64,000 nt of DNA from an uncultured Nitrososphaeraceae archaeon (GTDB taxonomy: Archaea; Thermoproteota; Nitrososphaeria; Nitrososphaerales; Nitrososphaeraceae), in NCBI GenBank assembly GCA_963765895.1, contig CAVXZB010000084.1, positions 511,656 through 575,655 of the forward strand, given 5' to 3'. The position numbers and the translations under genes are program-made. The notes under the pieces are model-generated. The model did not search any database and was not told where the DNA came from. It was given only the letters and a program-made list of their open reading frames with translations. The stretch's first letter is position 1, and each line of letters opens with the position of its first letter. Of this stretch, positions 59,036 through 64,000 are shown in pieces.

Positions 59036-60076
59036 ATGCAAGTAGGAATTGATAGCTTTGAGTATTTGATGACGCTGGAATGTCAGTCAGCCCGTCTGAG
59101 CGTTTGCAAAGATTAGTCGAACAAATTGAATGTGCAGATAAAATTGGGTTAGATGTGTTTGGAATCGGCGAACATCACCGTAGGGAATTCCTTGATTCGG
59201 CTCCTGCTGTCATCCTAGCTGCTGCAGCTGCACGAACTAAACGCATACGACTTACAAGTGCAGTAACAGGTACCTGAGTGCAACCGACCCAGTAAGGGTG
59301 TTTCAAGAATTCTCAACCCTAGACCTTCTTTCGCAAGGTCGGGCTGAGATGGTTGTAGGCCGTGGCTCATCCATCGAAGCGTTTCCTTTATTCGGATTTA
59401 GGTTGGAAGACTATGACTCGCTTTTCGAAGAGAAGCCCGATCTACTACTAAAGATTCGTGACAATGAGCATGTATTTTGGTCTGGCAAATATCGGCCTTC
59501 TCTGAATGGTCAGGGAATCTATCCTAGACCAGTACAAAATCCTTTACCAATATGGATAGGCGTTGGCGGAACTCCAGAATCATTTGTCCGAGCTGGCTTG
59601 CTTGGACTCCCATTGATCGTTGCTATCATAGGTGGCAAAACACACAGATTCAGACCACTCATTGATCTTTACAGGCAGGCTGGAAGGCGAGCTGGCTATT
59701 CATCTGATCAATTAAGAGTAGGCGTACATTCGCTAGGCTATATCGCAGAGATACGCAAGAGGCTGTCGATGACTTCTTTCCAGGCTACGTATATACCATG
59801 ACGGAGATTGGGAAGGAGCGGGGATGGCCAAAGATGACACGTGCCAGTTTTGATACACAGACAGGCCCTCAAGGCGCATTGCTTGTAGGCGGGCCGAATG
59901 AAGTAGCCGAGAAGATAATTAGACACAGCAAAGCGTTAGGCGGCATATCCCGCATCACTTTTATGATGAATCCAGCCTCATTACCTCATGAGAAACTAAT
60001 GCAAGCTACCAAACTAATAGGTACGCTTATCGCACCAGCACTTCGTGAAGTGGGAGAACAAGTGGAGGTATTGTAA
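59036..60076 (+). pseudogene. LLM-class flavin-dependent oxidoreductase with several frameshifts
   Basis: [51 protein letters not shown]. Confidence 0.88.
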
Positions 60077-60320
60077 TGCAATATTATCGCATGCTAATTC
60101 CCTTTATCTTCAGATTGCGTTTTTTTATTGTGTGAACCAGGAAGAAGAAGCACGTTATGATTATTAAAAGAAACTGGCATGACACTCATCCTACTATAGC
60201 CCATCAATGCGACATGCATATTTTGGCTCAAATGACTATGTTTTATAATGCTGCTCTGGGTACAACTCATGGCAATATATTGATCATACTTTTATAGAAG
60301 CCAGAAAGCTACACTATGTA

Positions 60321-61374
60321 ATGGATCGTAAGGATAAATCCCCATCCGATGCTCCATATCATTTGACGACAATAACGTTTCTCCTGATTAGTATAATTGT
60401 TACTGGCATATTTGTTTGCACACTGATATTAAACCAAAATCATATTGCAATCGCACAACCAGGGCTGACTGGTACGTCTTTTCAGATGGATAACATGACA
60501 TTTTCTCATCATACGGCTTCTGTTAATGGTATTCAAATGCACTATGTTATTGGAGGACACGGCGATCCTGTAGTTTTATTGCACGGATGGCCAGAAACAT
60601 GGTATGCATGGCATAAAGTAATGCCAGCCTTAGCTAAGAACTATACTGTTGTTGCACCTGATCTTCGAGGCCTTGGAGACTCTTCAAAACCACTAAGTGG
60701 TTATGATGGTAAGACCTTAGCTGAAGATATACATCAACTAGTTACTAAGTTAGGATTTAAAACAATTTTCCTAGTGGGTCATGATATCGGATCATTTGTA
60801 GTCTATCCTTACACGGCTGGCACATCCTACGGAAGTAAAGAGGTTAGTAGTAATGGAGATCCCGCCTCCTGGTTTCTTCCCTTCGCCCTCCGTGAACGGA
60901 GGACCTCTATTATGGTGGGTCATATTCCATCAAACACCAGACGTACCAGAAGCTCTTGTAGAAGGAAAAGAGAAGGAGTATCTATCGTGGCACTATCAAA
61001 ATCTTGCGTATAATCCATCTGCGATAACGCAGGCAGCTATCAATGAATATGTTAGCCATTATTCTGCTCCAGGCGCAATGCGTGCGGGATTTGAGCACTA
61101 TCGGGCTATACCTCAGGATGCAATTCAAAATCAGAATTATTCTAAAACTAAGCTTACAATGCCAGTACTAGCATTAGGAGGAGGGTATATTCCAACATTG
61201 GGAGGTAACATCACTATGTCTGCTGCCGAATACGGGATGAAGATATTAGCTCAAAATGTAACAGGGATCATAGTTCCAAATTCAGGACATTATATTGCAG
61301 AAGAGCAGCCAGATTTTGTAGTAAAATTACTCAACAATTTCTTTAGTGGTAATCCTGCAGAAACTAGTAAATGA
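60321..61374 (+). CDS. Epoxide-hydrolase-like alpha/beta hydrolase with an N-terminal membrane/signal segment; frameshift near 60820
   Basis: LLHGWPE, APDLRGLGDS, VGHDIG, SGHYIAEEQP. Confidence 0.88.
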
Positions 61375-61500
61375 GGAATTCCCATAATTCTGCAATATAA
61401 ACGCGTGAGGCAATACATAGATATGAACAAGGTAACACTCGGAGTTCAGTTTTAGAGCAACCATCAATGCTCCCATTGATGGATCGATAATTTTTACCTG

Positions 61501-62429
61501 TTATCTAACGCGTGACTGCGCAGTGAAAAATACCTCCGGATGCGCAGTTACATACTCTCGAACACTCATACTTGGTTTTCCGGTTAACTTCTGCACGTCC
61601 GAAGTCAACCGATCGTAGCGATTTTCTGCGATGAGCTTAGCCATAGTGGAAACGTGGTGAAAAACGTATTGAGGTAAATTGAGTGGCAATAATTCTTCCT
61701 TCAGCCACTTGTCGTATGGCGTGTCCACATATTTCACTGGCCGATTTAGTGCGATTGTGTATTCTTTTGCGATCTCATTCATGTCTTCTGATCGAGGACC
61801 AGTCAATTCATAGACCTTCCCTCGGTGATCTGTAGGATCTTCTAAAATTGTGGAAACGACTCTTGCTACATCGCTAGATGAAATTGGTGAAGTTAGTGCT
61901 GAGCCAAATGGCAATCTAATTGTTCCATCTTTGGCGATTGATGAGGTTGCCAGCCTAGAGAAGAAAGGTTCCAGGAAGACCGTCGACCTCACATGTGCTA
62001 CATGCACTCCAGACCAGTTAAAGACTTGTTCGCCGAGCCAATGTTGTTGCTGCTGAGGTGATTCGGTCATTTCAGTTAGACTCATCTGCGAAACTGTCAT
62101 TTGTGAGATGTTCACGAGAATCTCAAAGTCGGGGATTTCTTTTGCGGTGTTGCAATAGCCGTGGCTTGAAGATATGGTGGCGAGATACTCATGCCAAAAT
62201 ACATCCGCTTGCAACCGCGCAATGCTCTTGCTACGTCAGCGCCATTTGTGAGGTCGGCGACGACAAGTTCAGCTCCCATTTCGCTCAACACTTGAGATCG
62301 TTCGTCGAGGCGGTGTACAAGCGCTCTGACTTGAAGATCGCGCTCTCGAAGAAGCTTGACGACACCTCGCCCTACGGAACCAACATTTCCGGCGGCTCCA
62401 GTAACAAGGATGGGTGTGTTGCTTGACAT
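61501..62429 (-). CDS. NmrA-like NAD(P)H-binding protein, frameshifted near 62150-62215
   Basis: ILVTGAAGNVG, ELVVADLT, DVARV, VYELTGP. Confidence 0.85.
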
Positions 62430-62459
62430 TGCTATTCCAGTAATGTAATTGGATATAAA

Positions 62460-62650
62460 TTTGAACGCCACATATAGAGATGTTTGTTCTCACAAGACCG
62501 GTCATGCAGAAGCAGTACCGGTAGAGTGTGATCCTAATGAAGTATCCTATGAGGACCTTATTGATGTGTTTTTGGTCAATACATAATCCTACAACTAAAA
62601 ATAGACAGCGTTAGGATATAGGCTCTCAATATCGTTCCTTAATTGTATAT
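62460..62650 (+). pseudogene. msrA: Internal fragment of peptide-methionine (S)-S-oxide reductase
   Basis: [47 protein letters not shown]. Confidence 0.8.
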
Positions 62651-63013
62651 CATATTTTTGGTGTTATCTATGGATCAATGTGACAATGCGTCATCATGAG
62701 CTGCTAGTACCTATTTTTGTCGCTCAGTAAATCTTCTTGTAGCATAGACTCCACAAATTGCTATTTTTACCCTACCTACTCTAGGACTTTTAGAACTATC
62801 TACCCAATTACTAGAAGAGGCGATTGTGGTTGGCTGGGGAATGCAGCCGATCGGGCTGCCGTGTTTCTGGCTGAGAATACTAAGCATGTGTAGAATGACT
62901 CAATACGTTCGTAGCGTCATCATGATATCTGACATACGATATTAAAGATAGCTCGGTACATTACGGTAATAATATTGGTTCACCTAACAATAGGAGCCTG
63001 GTTAAGGCCCATA

Positions 63014-63424
63014 TCACTCACTCCATGGTCCGACGCCATGAATACGTTCAGCAGTTATGTGAGTAATATAGCCCTGTGGTGCCCCATCAGGAACATATGT
63101 TGTGCCTGGGGAGATATAGATCTGGGCAAGTTGGTTTACCAATTCGGGTGCACCGCCCTCAGTAATTCTGGCACGACCATTGATCACAAGGTAATTATCC
63201 AGTCCATTAGTCTTCCCACCAGTCGTCATAGAGAGTGCGACCCGGGAGTCGCGCTGAATATTCTTCAATTTTTTGTAGAGATTCAGATCAGCACAGACAA
63301 TTTCATCGCCCTTAAGGCCAATCCAGACGATAGAAACCTGAGGACTTCCATCTTCGTTCAGGGTCACAAGGTGAGCGAGATGGCCCGCTGTCAATGCCTG
63401 CCGTACTTTATCATTCAAAATCAT
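63014..63424 (-). CDS. PPOX-class F420-dependent oxidoreductase
   Basis: LAHLVTLNEDGSPQVSIVW, KLKNIQRDSRVALS, YLVINGRA. Confidence 0.9.
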   Translation of the reverse strand: MILNDKVRQALTAGHLAHLVTLNEDGSPQVSIVWIGLKGDEIVCADLNLYKKLKNIQRDSRVALSMTTGGKTNGLDNYLVINGRARITEGGAPELVNQLAQIYISPGTTYVPDGAPQGYITHITAERIHGVGPWSE

Positions 63425-63934
63425 AACGATCTGATCCTTTCTTGCGTAGTTGATAGTTGATATATCTTTTATCTACGTTCCACTGGAAATGTCTCATAAA
63501 ACGATCGATAATATGGACAGCATGCGACTCTCCACCACCTCAATCACAAGCACAAAGTCAGAATTGGGTGCTAACTATTAGAGCAGTAAAAGTACACTTA
63601 GACTGAGAATAGTTATTAACTACAGACATCACATTCGGAACTGGATTCTACAAACCTTATACAGAATGTGGCCGGGCATGCGCCCATGACTATCATGCAT
63701 AAAGTGTTATCATTAACCTATAAGTACATCAAACCGAGTCAGTCTCTACATATAGTGATCTCATTTTAGAGAATGTTTATAATTTGGAATGCCGCACATC
63801 TGTATTATAAGACACATTTTCATATCTGATCACAAAAGCTGGACTGATAGCTGCAATAGGATATTAGTAGTGGTCGGAGTCACATTGCCAACAATCATTA
63901 CCTCGGTCTTAAATGTGAAGGCAGATCCTCCACA

Positions 63935-64000
63935 TCATTTACTTAGCGTATCTTGATAGCCTTGTTGGATCAGTTTGCTTATCGTTTCGGATGTAAAGTC
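63935..64000 (-). CDS. C-terminal end of a gene entering from the right, possibly patatin-like phospholipase
   Basis: DFTSETISKLIQQGYQDTLSK* resembles patatin-family C-termini; only 21 residues visible. Confidence 0.4.
   Translation of the reverse strand, partial: DFTSETISKLIQQGYQDTLSK

Overview
AT-rich, gene-sparse archaeal DNA, most consistent with a soil ammonia-oxidising archaeon of the Nitrososphaeraceae. That call is an inference from the TFIIB paralog, a stand-alone TRAM protein, several F420/LLM enzymes and a Nitrososphaera-type integrase and primase. It is an accessory region with no rRNA, tRNA or CRISPR array that I can support. Contents: (i) metabolic genes (cyclase, rhodanese, three LLM oxidoreductases plus one remnant, two PPOX, secreted intradiol dioxygenase, radical SAM, GNAT, GT2, three alpha/beta hydrolases, NmrA-like); (ii) a decaying plasmid-like integrated element at about 23.4-29.1 kb (prim-pol/SF3-helicase Rep, small-gene operon, 5'-truncated tyrosine integrase); (iii) many pseudogene remnants; (iv) several dispersed repeat families; (v) many Cys/His-rich microproteins, several below the ORF-track cutoff. 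Many otherwise intact genes carry single frameshifts, often in homopolymer runs, so part of the apparent decay may be sequencing or assembly error. The most intriguing unannotated signals are a ~33-aa signal-peptide-only gene that would release a pentapeptide, two inverted-repeat-bounded ~123-bp elements, and a direct-repeat-bounded cassette whose repeats each encode a CxCxCH microprotein. All family calls come from motif recognition by eye; no searches were run.
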